A DNA stretch of 42,835 bases, counting the filler, from an uncultured virus (IMG/VR IMGVR_UViG_2061766007_001633) (taxonomy: Duplodnaviria; Heunggongvirae; Uroviricota; Caudoviricetes). It is 5 parts of one record of this genome, joined end to end, with 100 filler letters (N's around TTAATTAATTAA, not from the genome) between each part and the next. Parts side by side here need not be neighbours in the genome. Positions count along the whole stretch, not along the records: positions 1 to 11,681 come from IMGVR_UViG_2061766007_001633; positions 11,782 to 14,797 come from IMGVR_UViG_2061766007_001633; positions 14,898 to 23,710 come from IMGVR_UViG_2061766007_001633; 2 more parts are not named here. One strand, 5' to 3'. The position numbers and the translations under genes were made by a program. Below the pieces are notes generated by a model. That model had not been told where the DNA came from and did not search any database. It saw only the letters and a program-made list of their open reading frames with translations. Every line of letters begins with the position of its first letter. Positions within the stretch are counted from its first letter, which is position 1. Positions 9,164-19,512 of this stretch are shown piece by piece.

Positions 9164-11132
9164 TTCTTTTCACTCCTTATTTTCTTGATTCTTTCACTCA
9201 TTGCCTCCTTGCGTTCGTCTGTCCAAGCAGCCTTCATGGATTCGATTGCTTTTTCCCGGCGCTCCGGTGTCCAAGGTGTGCCGCGCCGCTTCTCCAAGAA
9301 CTCTCTGGATTCGGTGTGGCCGTCCCGGAAGTGGAATGTAACTGTGTGGTCGAGGATCGTCGCCTTTTCCATCTGCGCGTCCATCGCGGCTTCGTCGTAT
9401 TCTTCAAGGCCGAGGACCTCGGTGACCAGCCGCTTCATGGTCTCGTCGCGTATGCCGGGATTGTGGCACTTGTCTTTCGGGCCGGTGCAGTACCAAGACC
9501 GCGTCGGGGTTCCGTCCTTGCGCTTTCCGGATTGGCAGCGGTAATTGGCACCGCAGCAGCCGCACTTGATGAAGCCGGTGAACTCGTAGAACAGATGCTT
9601 GTTCGGGTTCGTGTCTTTGCGCTTGTGGCGTTCACCCCATAGCTTTCTGCGCTCGTCCGTCCACCAGTCCTTTTTGGCAGTGGACTCCCAAGTGCGGGTG
9701 ATTTCCCGACCATCCTTCAGAAAGAAAGTCATCACCTTGCGCTCCGGCACTTCGATGTGGTCCACATGCTCAAGGAAGGCGTCCTCGTCGAAAGCCTCAA
9801 GGTCAAGCACGGCAGCGCACTCGCTTTCCAGAACCTTCTGGGGAATGGTGCCTTTGACCGGGCAGCGACCGCCTTTTACCTTGGTAGCGCCGCAGCCCCA
9901 AAACTCCAGCTCACTTCCGCGATCCCTGCGCCTATTATGCATGTAGCTGTATCCGCAATGCGGGCATTTGATTTTGCCGGTGAAGCAGCAGGTGTTCAGT
10001 GACTTGTTTCCAAACGGGCCGAGCTCCTTCCGGCGCTTGAACTCTGCCTGAACCGCGTCCCATTCGTCTTTCGGGATAATGGCCTCGTGGGTGTTCTCGA
10101 CATAGTATTGCGGGAGCTCGCCACGGTTCTTTTTGCGGTGTTTGGTGATCGGGTCTTCGCAGTATTCCTTCTGGAAGAGCATGTTGCCGGTGTAGGTGAT
10201 GTTTGTCAGGATGACCTTCACATTGGAATCAACCCACGGCTTTCCTTGTCGGGTATAAATGCCGCGATCCATCAGCATGCGCCCGATCTCAATGCGGGAC
10301 GCGCCTTTCATGTATTCTGCGTACATCCAGCGGATGACTTCGGCTTCCTCCGGAACGATGACCAGCTTGTCGTCCTTCCACTCGTAACCGAAGATGGTGA
10401 ACTTGCCGTTGGGTATGCCTTGCTTGAAACGCTTAATCGTACCCCAGCGTACATTCTCGGAAATGCTCCGGCTCTCTTCCTGTGCGAAAGAAGCGAGGAT
10501 CGAAAGCATCAGCTCACCGTCACCGCTTAAGGAATTGATGTTTTCCTTCTCGAAGCGAACCTCAATGCCGAGGTCCTTCAGGTGCCGGACGGTATTCAAA
10601 AGGTCAACCGTGTTTCTGGCAAAGCGCTGTATCGATTTGGTGAGCACGATGTCGATTTTGCCAGCCTCGCAGTCCGCGACCATGCGNNNNNNNNNNGCCA
10701 CTCGTAGCCGAAGATGGTAAACTTGCCGTTGGGTATGCCTTGCTTGAAGCGCTTAATGGTACCCCAGCGGACATTCTCGGAAATGCTCCGGCTTTCTTCC
10801 TGTGCGAAAGAAGCAAGGATCGAAAGCATCAACTCGCCGTCACCGCTCAGGGAATTGATGTTTTCCTTCTCGAAGCGAACCTCAATGCCGAGGTCCTTCA
10901 GGTGACGGACGGTGTTCAAAAGGTCAACCGTGTTTCTGGCAAAACGCTGTATCGACTTGGTGAGCACGATGTCGATTTTGCCAGCCTCGCAGTCCGCGAC
11001 CATGCGCTTGAACTCTTCACGCTTTCTGGTAGCGGTGCCGGTAATGCCGTAGTCGGCATAAACGCCTGCATATTCCCACTCCGGGTTCTTCTGGATCAAG
11101 GCGCTGTAGTAGCTTACCTGTGCAGAAAGCGA
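9148..11132 (-). CDS. Large serine recombinase 1 with two zinc-ribbon domains (variant contigs overlap at 10687-10696; 5' end in gap)
   Basis: TKSIQRFARN, FAQEESRSISEN, ILTNITYTG, IKCPHCG and IKCGCCG; 3' end overlaps the recombinase 2 start. Confidence 0.92.
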
Positions 11133-11268
11133 NNNNNNNNNNNNNNNNNNNNNNNNNNNNNNNNNNNNNNNNNNNNNNNNNNNNNNNNNNNNNNNNNNNN
11201 NNNNNNNNNNNNNNNTGGAAAAATACCTCCTTTCAGTGTACTATATATCACTCTAAAAGCCTGAAATA

Positions 11269-11439
11269 TCAAGCGTTTTTGGATAATAATGTACCCAAAT
11301 ATGGCCGGTATTTTTCGAGTAGAATTGTATCAATTTCAGCGTATTCCTTTTCGGTGATCAGGCCCTTTTCCAGCATGCTTTTTGCCATCGAAATGGCCGC
11401 ATGGTAAAGCATGTCGCTGTGGAGTTCTTCCGTGCTCAT
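11269..11439 (-). CDS. SHOCT-like small protein, variant copy
   Basis: Reverse-complement near-identical to 7895-8065 (MSTEELHSD...). Confidence 0.8.
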   Translation of the reverse strand: MSTEELHSDMLYHAAISMAKSMLEKGLITEKEYAEIDTILLEKYRPYLGTLLSKNA

Positions 11440-11681
11440 CAGGCATCACCGCCTTTGAACCGGGCCGCGATATAGCAGTCGTGGGAGCAGTATTTGCGCT
11501 GGGCGTTTCCGTAGGCCGTGAAGTCCTTTCCACACTCCGGGCAGGTAAAGGTATAAACGGCCTTTTGCTGTACTGCTTCCGGGTGAGCGTTCCACCATGC
11601 CGTCCGGCACTCCGGAGAACAGAACTTCTTCGTCTTTCGTCCGGGGATCTGAACGAGCATCTTGCCACAGTTCTGGCACAG
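11439..11681 (-). CDS. HTH/zinc-ribbon protein, variant copy, 3' part
   Basis: Reverse-complement near-identical to about 7654-7895. Confidence 0.8.
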   Translation of the reverse strand: MCQNCGKMLVQIPGRKTKKFCSPECRTAWWNAHPEAVQQKAVYTFTCPECGKDFTAYGNAQRKYCSHDCYIAARFKGGDA

Positions 11682-11725
11682 NNNNNNNNNNNNNNNNNNN
11701 NNNNNNNNNNNNNNNNNNNNNNNNN

Positions 11726-11737
11726 TTAATTAATTAA
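11726..11737. other. Artificial scaffold-joining linker TTAATTAATTAA
   Basis: Six-frame stop palindrome between N runs; identical at four positions. Confidence 0.95.
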
Positions 11738-11781
11738 NNNNNNNNNNNNNNNNNNNNNNNNNNNNNNNNNNNNNNNNNNNN

Positions 11782-11832
11782 CAGGGTGTAAACGATAGCC
11801 GCGATTGCGGGAATGGTAACGATAGTGTTCAT
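11782..11832 (-). CDS. Holin 5' end, variant copy
   Basis: MNTIVTIPAIAAIVYT, matching 4513 onward. Confidence 0.7.
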
Positions 11833-11846
11833 TCTGTTTTCCTCCT

Positions 11847-12116
11847 TTACTTGTGCGCTTGCTCATTGAGGTGAGCTTCGATGGCCGTGATAGCCTCGGT
11901 TACGGGACCGTCACAGCCTTGTTCTTTCAGACCTTTCAGGCAGGCAAGGACGCCTTTGGTCAGGACGGTCTGTTCCTCCTTGATGGTTTTGATGTCCTTG
12001 TCCTGTTTCTCCTGTTTGAGATACCAGCGGTAGATGGCAAAAATCGCGCCAAAGATCACCACGAGAGAAGTGATAATGGACGCGACTGCCGCGATGGTTT
12101 CAGCCGTGATTGTCAT
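11847..12116 (-). CDS. Holin-like single-TM protein, variant copy
   Basis: Nearly identical to 4229-4498. Confidence 0.75.
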   Translation of the reverse strand: MTITAETIAAVASIITSLVVIFGAIFAIYRWYLKQEKQDKDIKTIKEEQTVLTKGVLACLKGLKEQGCDGPVTEAITAIEAHLNEQAHK

Positions 12117-12249
12117 CCTGCACCTCCTTGTCTTCCGGCGCGAGGTCCTGTGGCTGTGCCGGAGTGAAAAAACGCTGCAGCACCTCCGTTACGGAAATGT
12201 CGCAGCTTGCCGTCAGGTCGAGATACTTGGGTTCCTTCTTTTCTTCCAT
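12100..12249 (-). CDS. Small acidic hypothetical protein, variant copy
   Basis: Homologous to 4096-4245 with RBS. Confidence 0.65.
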   Translation of the reverse strand: MEEKKEPKYLDLTASCDISVTEVLQRFFTPAQPQDLAPEDKEVQDDNHG

Positions 12250-12259
12250 AAGTGCCTCC

Positions 12260-12673
12260 TTACGACAAGGTGAGCGAGAAGTTGCCGACGCGGAAAAGCG
12301 GTACATAGTTCGCCGCAATGGTGATGGGGTTCGTCAGCGCACCGTACAGAACGAGCTGACCACCCGTTGCAGCGTTATACAGACCGAAGTAAGTCACCGT
12401 ACCCCAAGAAGCGGTAGCCTCCGGGAAGAAGATGATGCTGTTGTTCTGCGTAGCGCCGTTTGCCGGATTCGACATGACCTGCGTGGCAGCGGAACCGGAT
12501 TGACCGATCAGCGACCTTGCGTAGCCTGCCGAGGAAGGCGGCTCGGTGAAGTTGGACCCGTCCGCGTTGGGCGTGGTGGTTGAGAGGGCGATGTAGCAGT
12601 TGGACAGAGGTCCGCTGCCTTTGCCGATCAGACCGTTCAAGATGTTGTTGCTTCCGTAAGTTGTAAAAGCCAT
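12260..12673 (-). CDS. Small phage tail/structural protein (137 aa)
   Basis: Complete ORF with AAAGGAGG RBS; YIALSTTTP/GYAR/FPEATASWGTVTYFGLY motifs. Confidence 0.75.
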   Translation of the reverse strand: MAFTTYGSNNILNGLIGKGSGPLSNCYIALSTTTPNADGSNFTEPPSSAGYARSLIGQSGSAATQVMSNPANGATQNNSIIFFPEATASWGTVTYFGLYNAATGGQLVLYGALTNPITIAANYVPLFRVGNFSLTLS

Positions 12674-12688
12674 AAGAAAATCCTCCTT

Positions 12689-13726
12689 TTAATATTGGAC
12701 TTTTGAGATCGTTTTGGATTCGGAGTTCCAATACAGACGGTTGATTTCCGGCATGGAACTCAGGTAGATATATAAGCCGCCCGGTGCCTCTTCCACGGTG
12801 TCGTAATAGCCCTGTGTATAGATGCGTTTCAAGCGGTTTGTACTGGTGTCGATATGCCAGACACCGGCTGCGCTGGTAAATGTGGATTGATACTCACTCC
12901 AATCAAACGGCTTGACGAACAGCAGATATCCGTCGCTCACCGGCACCAGCGTGGTGAAAGGCAGGAACCAGTAAGAATAATCGTTGTTCGCATAAAGAGA
13001 CGCGCTGTTGAACAGATATGCCTCTCCGGTCGCATAGTTGAGCAGGATCGTACCGCTGTTGCTGCTGGAGCCTTGGACCACCAGAACCACATTCGGTGCG
13101 TATTCGACGAAGGAAACTCGGCGCATGTATACGCTCTTGGAAGTGCTGGTAGGCGTGGGCGTTACGCTTGAATCGCTCCAAGTCATCATCGGGACGGCCT
13201 CGTGCGTAATGTCATCAAAGATAATGCCGTACCCGTCGTAGGAAGAGATGATGCGGTATCTGCCGTATTTGCGGTCGAAGTCCCACGAAGGTTTCCAAAT
13301 GCCTCCGTGTCCGTACCACGACTGCATATATGGACCGAGCTGACTGCCGTTAGTACCGAGGCTCGTTGACTCACCGGTCTCTCCATCGACGAACACGATC
13401 TTGACATTGTAACTCCACGAGCTGATTATCCAGCCGTCCTCCACGGGAACGATGCATCGCATGCCTCTTTGATTTCCCTCGTAGCCCGCGTTATAGGTCA
13501 GCTCACCGTCTTTGTAGAAGAACCAGCCGTAGGTGCTGCTGTTGAAGGAGCCCATCAGAACGGAGTCGTGCCACTTGACCATTCGCCATGCATACCCTTG
13601 AGTCGTGAGCTGCGTGAATGTCTTTTCCGTTTCATCAAAAAACCAGACGCCACTGTTAGATGTGCCTTCGCATGACATCAGCGCACCGCCTTCGACGCTG
13701 ACTCCGTACCGCCAGTAGTTCATGTT
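12689..13726 (-). CDS. Beta-propeller adhesin-like protein, C-terminal part
   Basis: Matches 2920-3353 and extends to the stop; blade motifs GVWFFDETEKTFTQL and GVWHIDTSTNRLKRI. Confidence 0.7.
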   Translation of the reverse strand, partial: NMNYWRYGVSVEGGALMSCEGTSNSGVWFFDETEKTFTQLTTQGYAWRMVKWHDSVLMGSFNSSTYGWFFYKDGELTYNAGYEGNQRGMRCIVPVEDGWIISSWSYNVKIVFVDGETGESTSLGTNGSQLGPYMQSWYGHGGIWKPSWDFDRKYGRYRIISSYDGYGIIFDDITHEAVPMMTWSDSSVTPTPTSTSKSVYMRRVSFVEYAPNVVLVVQGSSSNSGTILLNYATGEAYLFNSASLYANNDYSYWFLPFTTLVPVSDGYLLFVKPFDWSEYQSTFTSAAGVWHIDTSTNRLKRIYTQGYYDTVEEAPGGLYIYLSSMPEINRLYWNSESKTISKVQY

Positions 13727-13736
13727 NNNNNNNNNN

Positions 13737-14797
13737 GTAGTTTAAAAGGACCGTGCCGCTATTGTTGCTGGAGCCCTGTACGACCAGCACCAAATTCGGT
13801 GCATATTCGATGAAAGATACACGGCGCATATATGCGCTTTTGGAAATGCTGGTCGGAGTGGGTGTTACGCTTGAATCGCTCCAAGTCATCATCGGAACGG
13901 CCTCGTGCGTGATGTCATCAAAGATAATGCCATACCCGTCGTAGGATGAGATGATGCGGTATCTGCCGTATTTGCGGTCGAAGTCCCATGAAGGTTTCCA
14001 AACGCCGCCATGTCCGTACCATGACTGCATATATGGACCGAGCTGACTGCCGTTGGCACCGAGGCTCGTTGACTCTCCGGTTTCTCCGTCGACAAAAACG
14101 ATTTTGACATTGTAGTTCCACGAACAGATAATCCAGCCGTCTTCCACGGGAACAATGCATCGCATAGCTCTTTGATTTCCATCGTAGCCTGCGTTATATG
14201 TCAGCTCGCCGTCTTTATAGAAGATCCAGCCGTAAACATTGCTGTTGAATCCACCCATCAGAACGGAATCGTGCCATTTGACCATTCGCCATGCATATCC
14301 TTGGGTCGTAAGCTGCGTGAATGTCTTTTCCGTTTCATCAAAGAACCAGACTCCGGAGTTGGATGTTCCTTCATTCGACATCAGCGCCCCGCCTTCGACG
14401 CTTATTCCGTATCGCCAGTAGTTCATGTTAGTCGTGATCGTAGTGATCTCGCCGGTTGCGATTTCGTAGTATTTAATGCCGTAGGAATACGACTGGCATC
14501 CAAGCAAGAAGCCGTTTTCGCACTTGACGATCTTTTCGTACTGGCCGCTTGTCACAGGTCGGTACCATGTTTTTGTAGCCTTATCGAAANNNNNNNNNNN
14601 NNNNNNNNNNNNNNNNNNNNNNNNNNNNNNNNNNNNNNNNNNNNNNNNNNNNNNNNCCCGGTTTCTATCAGCCGCGTCACTTGCTTTGTCTCACAGTCGA
14701 AATACCAAACACCCCAAGATGCGGACTGCGTGCTGCAGAAAACGACGCCATATCCGGGAATGATGCGGTTGTATGTGGAATAAGCGTATCGTGACGA
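13737..14797 (-). CDS. Beta-propeller adhesin-like protein, internal part of a further variant
   Basis: Colinear with 12689-13726 and 2450-2960 but with many synonymous and non-synonymous differences. Confidence 0.65.
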
Positions 14798-14841
14798 NNN
14801 NNNNNNNNNNNNNNNNNNNNNNNNNNNNNNNNNNNNNNNNN

Positions 14842-14853
14842 TTAATTAATTAA
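14842..14853. other. Artificial scaffold-joining linker TTAATTAATTAA
   Basis: Six-frame stop palindrome between N runs. Confidence 0.95.
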
Positions 14854-14897
14854 NNNNNNNNNNNNNNNNNNNNNNNNNNNNNNNNNNNNNNNNNNNN

Positions 14898-15069
14898 GTC
14901 TTCCTTGCTGGCGTACATCAACAATCCCAACGGCATCAGCGACGGCCTGAACTACGTTGAGGACTGCGAGGATGTCGACGCATACAAGCGGGTCTTCCGG
15001 ATGATCTTTGAGGCCCTCGGCCAGAGTCAGCACTACAAGATGATGACCGGAAAACGGATAAAGTCCTGA
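14898..15069 (+). CDS. 3' end of an RloC-like AAA protein, variant copy
   Basis: LLAYINNPNGISDGLNYVEDCEDVDAYKRVFRMIFEALGQSQHYKMMTGKRIKS*, nearly identical to 26417-26588. Confidence 0.8.
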
Positions 15070-15111
15070 TTATGGGACAACTAAGATTATAGGATTAGAA
15101 TNNNNNNNNNN

Positions 15112-16162
15112 GATCGAGGCGGAGCTCAGCAAGCCCACTTCCAAGCCCCTCACCGGCAAGCCCATGCAGGTCGACAGTGACAAGCCCACCAAGACCGGTC
15201 GTGCTTCCGACGAGTACAAGAAGGCCATGCTCACGGCCCTCAAGTCCAACTTCCGTCAGGTCAGCAACGTGCTGCAGGAAGGCATTGACCCGCAGGGCGG
15301 CTACCTCGTGCCTGATGAGTACGACAGACGCCTAATCGACATTCTGACCGAAGAAAACGTCATGCGTACCCTCGGCACCCGTATCACCACCAGCGGTGAG
15401 CACAAGATCAACATTGCAGCCACCAAACCCGCTGCGGCGTGGATTGAGGAAGGCGGCGCACTGACTTTCGGTGATGCCACCTTCGACCAGATCATTCTGG
15501 ACGCCCACAAGCTCCATGTGGCGATCAAGGTCACCGAGGAGCTTCTGTATGACAACGCCTTCAACCTTGAGAATTACATCATCACTCAGTTCGGCAAGGC
15601 TCTGTCCAACGCAGAGGAGGACGCCTTTATCAACGGTACCGGCGTCGGTCAGCCTCTGGGTATTCTCGCTTCTACCGGTGGCGCACAGGTTGGCGTGACC
15701 TCCGAAGCCGCAGAACCGACAACGGACGATTGCATCAATCTCGTCTACTCCCTGAAGCGTCCTTACCGTAAGAACGCTGTGTTCCTGACCAACGACAAGG
15801 CTCTGGCCTATCTTCGCACCCTGAAGGATCTCAATGGCCAGTACCTGTGGCAGCCCTCTCTGAAGGAAGGCGAACCTGATCGCTTCCTCGGCTACAAGGT
15901 TTACACCTCTCCGTTCTTCCCGGAGCCTCAGCCCGGTAAGGCATGTGTCGCATTCGGTGATTTCAGCTACTACAACATCGGTGACCGTGGCACTCGTTCC
16001 TTTGCGGAGCTCAAGGAGCTCTTTGCCGGAAACGGCATGATTGGCTTCGTGGCCAAGGAGCGTGTCGACGGCAAGCTGGTTCTGCCTGAAGCCGTCAAGC
16101 TGCTCATGGTCGGCGGTGATGGAACCAAGGGCACTACTAAAACCACCAGCACCGGCAAGTAA
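15112..16162 (+). CDS. Phage major capsid protein, HK97 family (5'-truncated)
   Basis: GGYLVPDEY, AAWIEEG, KVTEELLYDNAFNLE, EEDAFINGTG, LKDLNGQYLWQPSL, FGDFSYY, ERVDGKLVLPEAVK. Confidence 0.95.
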
Positions 16163-16180
16163 GCATGAAAGGAGGCAACA

Positions 16181-16317
16181 GTGATGAATGATTTACTCAC
16201 CAAGGTAAAACAGAATCTGATTCTTTCCCATTCGGCAGACGATGATTTGCTTTCGAGCTTTATCACCGCTGCCGTTTCTTATGCCGAAAGCTATCAGCAC
16301 ATCAGCGAAGGTTACTA
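16181..16317 (+). CDS. Phage head-tail connector (gp6-like), 5' part
   Basis: LLTKVKQNLILSHSADDDLLSSFITAAVSYAESYQH immediately after the capsid gene; AAAGGAGG RBS. Confidence 0.85.
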
Positions 16318-16327
16318 NNNNNNNNNN

Positions 16328-18657
16328 TGCCGCAAACCTCGCCGTCCATGTGGTACTTCACGGCATTCATGGCTGCCCGGTCGATATCCCACCAGAACTT
16401 CACGATGTTTTGGTTCGAGTTTCGCCAAGCGGTGACCAGCGGCTGAAGTTCGTCTTCCGAAAGGCCCATCTCCAAGGCTCCCATCGCTTTGAGAGCTCCG
16501 ACAGAGCCGCCATAGCCGAGGGCAAGTTCAGCGATTTTGCCTTTTTGCCGCAAGTGGCCGTTCACGCCGCGCTTTTCAACAGGAACCTTGAACATCTGCG
16601 ATGCGGAAGCGCAGTAGATGTCGCCGCCTTTTTCAAAGACCTCCTGACGCCAGATTTCACCGGCAAACCACGCCAGCACTCTGGCCTCGATTGCCGAGAA
16701 GTCGGAGACGATGAACTTGTATCCCGGCTTCGGCACAAAGGCGGTGCGGATCAGTTGAGAGAGCGTATCCGGCACATCTTCGTAGAGAAGCTCCACGCCT
16801 TCAAAGTCGCCGCAGCGGACAAGCCCACGAGCCTCTGCCAGATCCGGAAGATGGTTCTGGGGCAGGTTCTGCATCTGGATAATGCGTCCGGCCCAACGAC
16901 CGGTCCTGTTGGCACCATAGAACTGAAACATTCCACGAGCACGACCATCGGCGCAGACTGCCTTTTCCATCGCCTGATACTTCTTGACGGACGATTTGGC
17001 CAGCTGCTGCCGGAGAAGGAGAACCTTCTGGAGCTCTGCCGGAGCAGTTTTGAGCAGTTCAGCGACTTCCTTCTTTCCAAGGGAATCCACCTCCAGCCCG
17101 TTGTCTGAAAGCCACTGCTTCATCTGCTGCACGGAGTTGGGGTTATCCAAAGCAGTCAGCTTCTTCATGGCAGCAGTGAGCTCTGCACGGGAGCGGGTGT
17201 CCATAGCGATGGCTTGATGCACCAGCTCCATATCGAGGGCGACACCTCTGTCGTTGATTTCCTGATCGAGGTGATACTGNNNNNNNNNNAATTTTGCCTT
17301 TTTGCCGCAAGTGGCCGTTCACGCCGTGCTTCTCAACAGGGACCTTGAACATCTGTGATGCAGAGGCGCAGTAGATATCGCCGCCTTTTTCAAAGACCTC
17401 CTGACGCCAGATTTCACCAGCGAACCACGCCAGAACTCTGGCCTCGATTGCCGAGAAGTCAGAGACGATAAACTTGTATCCGGGCTTCGGCACAAAGGCG
17501 GTGCGGATCAGCTGGGATAGCGTATCCGGCACATCTTCGTAGAGAAGCTCCACGCCATCAAAGTCGCCGCAGCGGACAAGACCACGAGCCTCTGCCAGAT
17601 CTGGAAGATGGTTCTGAGGCAGGTTCTGCATCTGGATAATTCGTCCAGCCCAGCGACCGGTTCTGTTTGCACCATAGAACTGAAACATTCCACGAGCACG
17701 ACCGTCGGAGCAGACTGCCTTTTCCATCGCCTGATACTTTTTGACGGACGACTTGGCCAGTTGCTGCCGGAGAAGGAGGACCTTCTGGAGCTCTGCCGGA
17801 GCGGTCTTGAGCATTTCAGCGACCTCCTTCTTGCCGAGGGAATCAACCTCCAGACCGTTGTCCGAAAGCCACTGCTTCATCTGCTGCACGGAGTTGGGAT
17901 TATCCAAAGCGGTCAGCTTCTTCATGGCAGCGGTGAGCTCCGCACGGGAGCGGGTGTCCATAGCGATAGCCTGACGCACCAGCTCCATATCGAGAGCTAC
18001 ACCTCTGTCGTTGATTTCCTGATCGAGGTGATATTGCTCCCAGACCATTTCCGGCACCGGAAACTTGGCGAGCTTTTCCTGAATGGACATCTCAACCTCG
18101 ACATCACGGATGTTGTACCGTTTGAAGGAGTCCCACTTGTCCGGTGCGTTTTCTGGCAGGTTGCGAGTACGACCGCCGTTGGCTTTTGTCGGCGCACAGG
18201 GCTGGCAGAAATACTTGATGAGCTCTTTGCCTTCGGTCANNNNNNNNNNCAGAACGGCACCGACGCCTTCCAACGAAAGAGGTAAGCCCATGTAAGCGGA
18301 CCAGATCATTGTGCATTTCCATGAAGCCGGATCGAGGTAGTTGCCCACAGTGTCTTCCGGGATGCTGTAGTAGGCGTTATCAAAACCACCGTGATCCCGG
18401 AGCCAGCGGGAAAGACATATCCTTTCAAACTGTGCGTTAAAGGCCCACTTCGTCACATCGTCGTTTGTCAGCGCAGCGATGACCTCTGGCGGGATTGTCT
18501 CACCAGAGGCAAGATCGACCACCTGCACAGGGTTGCCGTCTATGGAATACCCGAAGAGAAGAATGTCGAAATCTGTCGCCTCGGTATATTTGTAGACGCC
18601 ACACTTGGCAAGGTCCACACTGCTGTAGGTTTCAATATCAATACTGAGTGTTTTCAT
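16328..18657 (-). CDS. polA: Phage DNA polymerase family A (two overlapping variant contigs; 3' end missing)
   Basis: LSIDIETYS exonuclease motif; RTGRWAGR...QNLP; SDFSAIEARVLAW motif A; RQKGKIAELALGYGG motif B. Confidence 0.93.
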
Positions 18658-18790
18658 ATACATCGGTCCNNNNNNNNNNNNNNNNNNNNNNNNNNNNNNN
18701 NNNNNNNNNNNNNNNNNNNNNNNNNNNNNNNNNNNNNNNNNNNNNNNNNNNNNNNNNNNNNNNNNNNNNNNNNNNNNNNNNNNNNNNNNN

Positions 18791-18925
18791 AGCCTCAAGA
18801 GCAGCATTACGCTTTTCACGCTTGCGGTCGTCGATGGTGTCGATGATGGACCTGACGATCCAAAACACGGCCAGAACCAGATAGAGGGACAGAAGCAGGA
18901 TGCAAAGAATCGTAGTAGCGTTCAT
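18791..18925 (-). CDS. Small membrane protein (partial)
   Basis: AAGGAGG RBS; MNATTILCILLLSLYLVLAVFWIVRSII TM helix followed by a charged tail. Confidence 0.65.
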
Positions 18926-18938
18926 GGTGCGTACCTCC

Positions 18939-19511
18939 TTAAGACAGGAAATCTTCATCCGCATCGGTGGAGAAGTCAGATGCTGCGCTGGACTTGCCGC
19001 CGAGGGGTTCGCCGTCACGGATCTTCTGCAGGTTGTTCAGCCCACAGGCGATGCCCTTGTTACCGTTGGAGTTGAAAGCGTAGAAGTTGATGCTGGCACG
19101 ACCGTATACGCCGGAGTAGACCTCGGAGCGGGTCAGGATCGGATTGCAGTCAGCGTCCACGATGCCGGGAGCCGTAGCAGAGTTGGCGTTGATGAAGTAG
19201 CTGCCAGCGTAAGCCGGATCGTCCGGACGCTCGGTGTCGCCGTCACGGAGAGGCGTCTTGATAGCGGTGAGAGGCGGTATGGTGCGACCGTTGCCCTTGA
19301 GCTTGGCCTGACCTTCCTCGTAGGCCGCCTGAATCGCCGCCTTGACCTTCTGAACGGTCACGGTGTCAGTCTTCGGAATGATGAGGCTGACGCTGAACTT
19401 CGGGGTGCCGCCATTGATGGACTTGGCCTCCCAGACATTGGCGTAGGACCAGCGGGTGTCCTTGCCGGTGATAACTTTCATGGGATTTGCGAGTTTAGTA
19501 GAATTTGACAT
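18939..19511 (-). CDS. DUF2815 family single-stranded DNA-binding protein (T7 gp2.5-like)
   Basis: TRWSYANVWEAK, PLRDGD, VYSGVYGRASINFYAFN, GIACGLNNLQKIRDGEPLGG, acidic C-terminus DEDFLS. Confidence 0.92.
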   Translation of the reverse strand: MSNSTKLANPMKVITGKDTRWSYANVWEAKSINGGTPKFSVSLIIPKTDTVTVQKVKAAIQAAYEEGQAKLKGNGRTIPPLTAIKTPLRDGDTERPDDPAYAGSYFINANSATAPGIVDADCNPILTRSEVYSGVYGRASINFYAFNSNGNKGIACGLNNLQKIRDGEPLGGKSSAASDFSTDADEDFLS

Positions 19512-19512
19512 A

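Noticed and set aside
8522..9544. Long plus-strand ORFs opposite the recombinases (likewise opposite PolA, rloC, hsdM and hsdR)
   Set aside because: Antisense shadows of genes with clear motifs; no RBS or recognisable domain
11726..11737. Recurrent TTAATTAATTAA palindrome (also at 14842, 23755, 41580) as a biological repeat or att site
   Set aside because: Always isolated between N runs and gives stops in all six frames; it is an assembly linker
12689..14797. Diversity-generating retroelement template/variable repeat pair in the adhesin gene
   Set aside because: Differences include many synonymous non-adenine changes over more than 1 kb, and there is no reverse transcriptase in the window
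16317..16328. Capsid operon converging directly on PolA as a novel genome organisation
   Set aside because: The junction is an N gap that truncates both genes; probably mis-scaffolding
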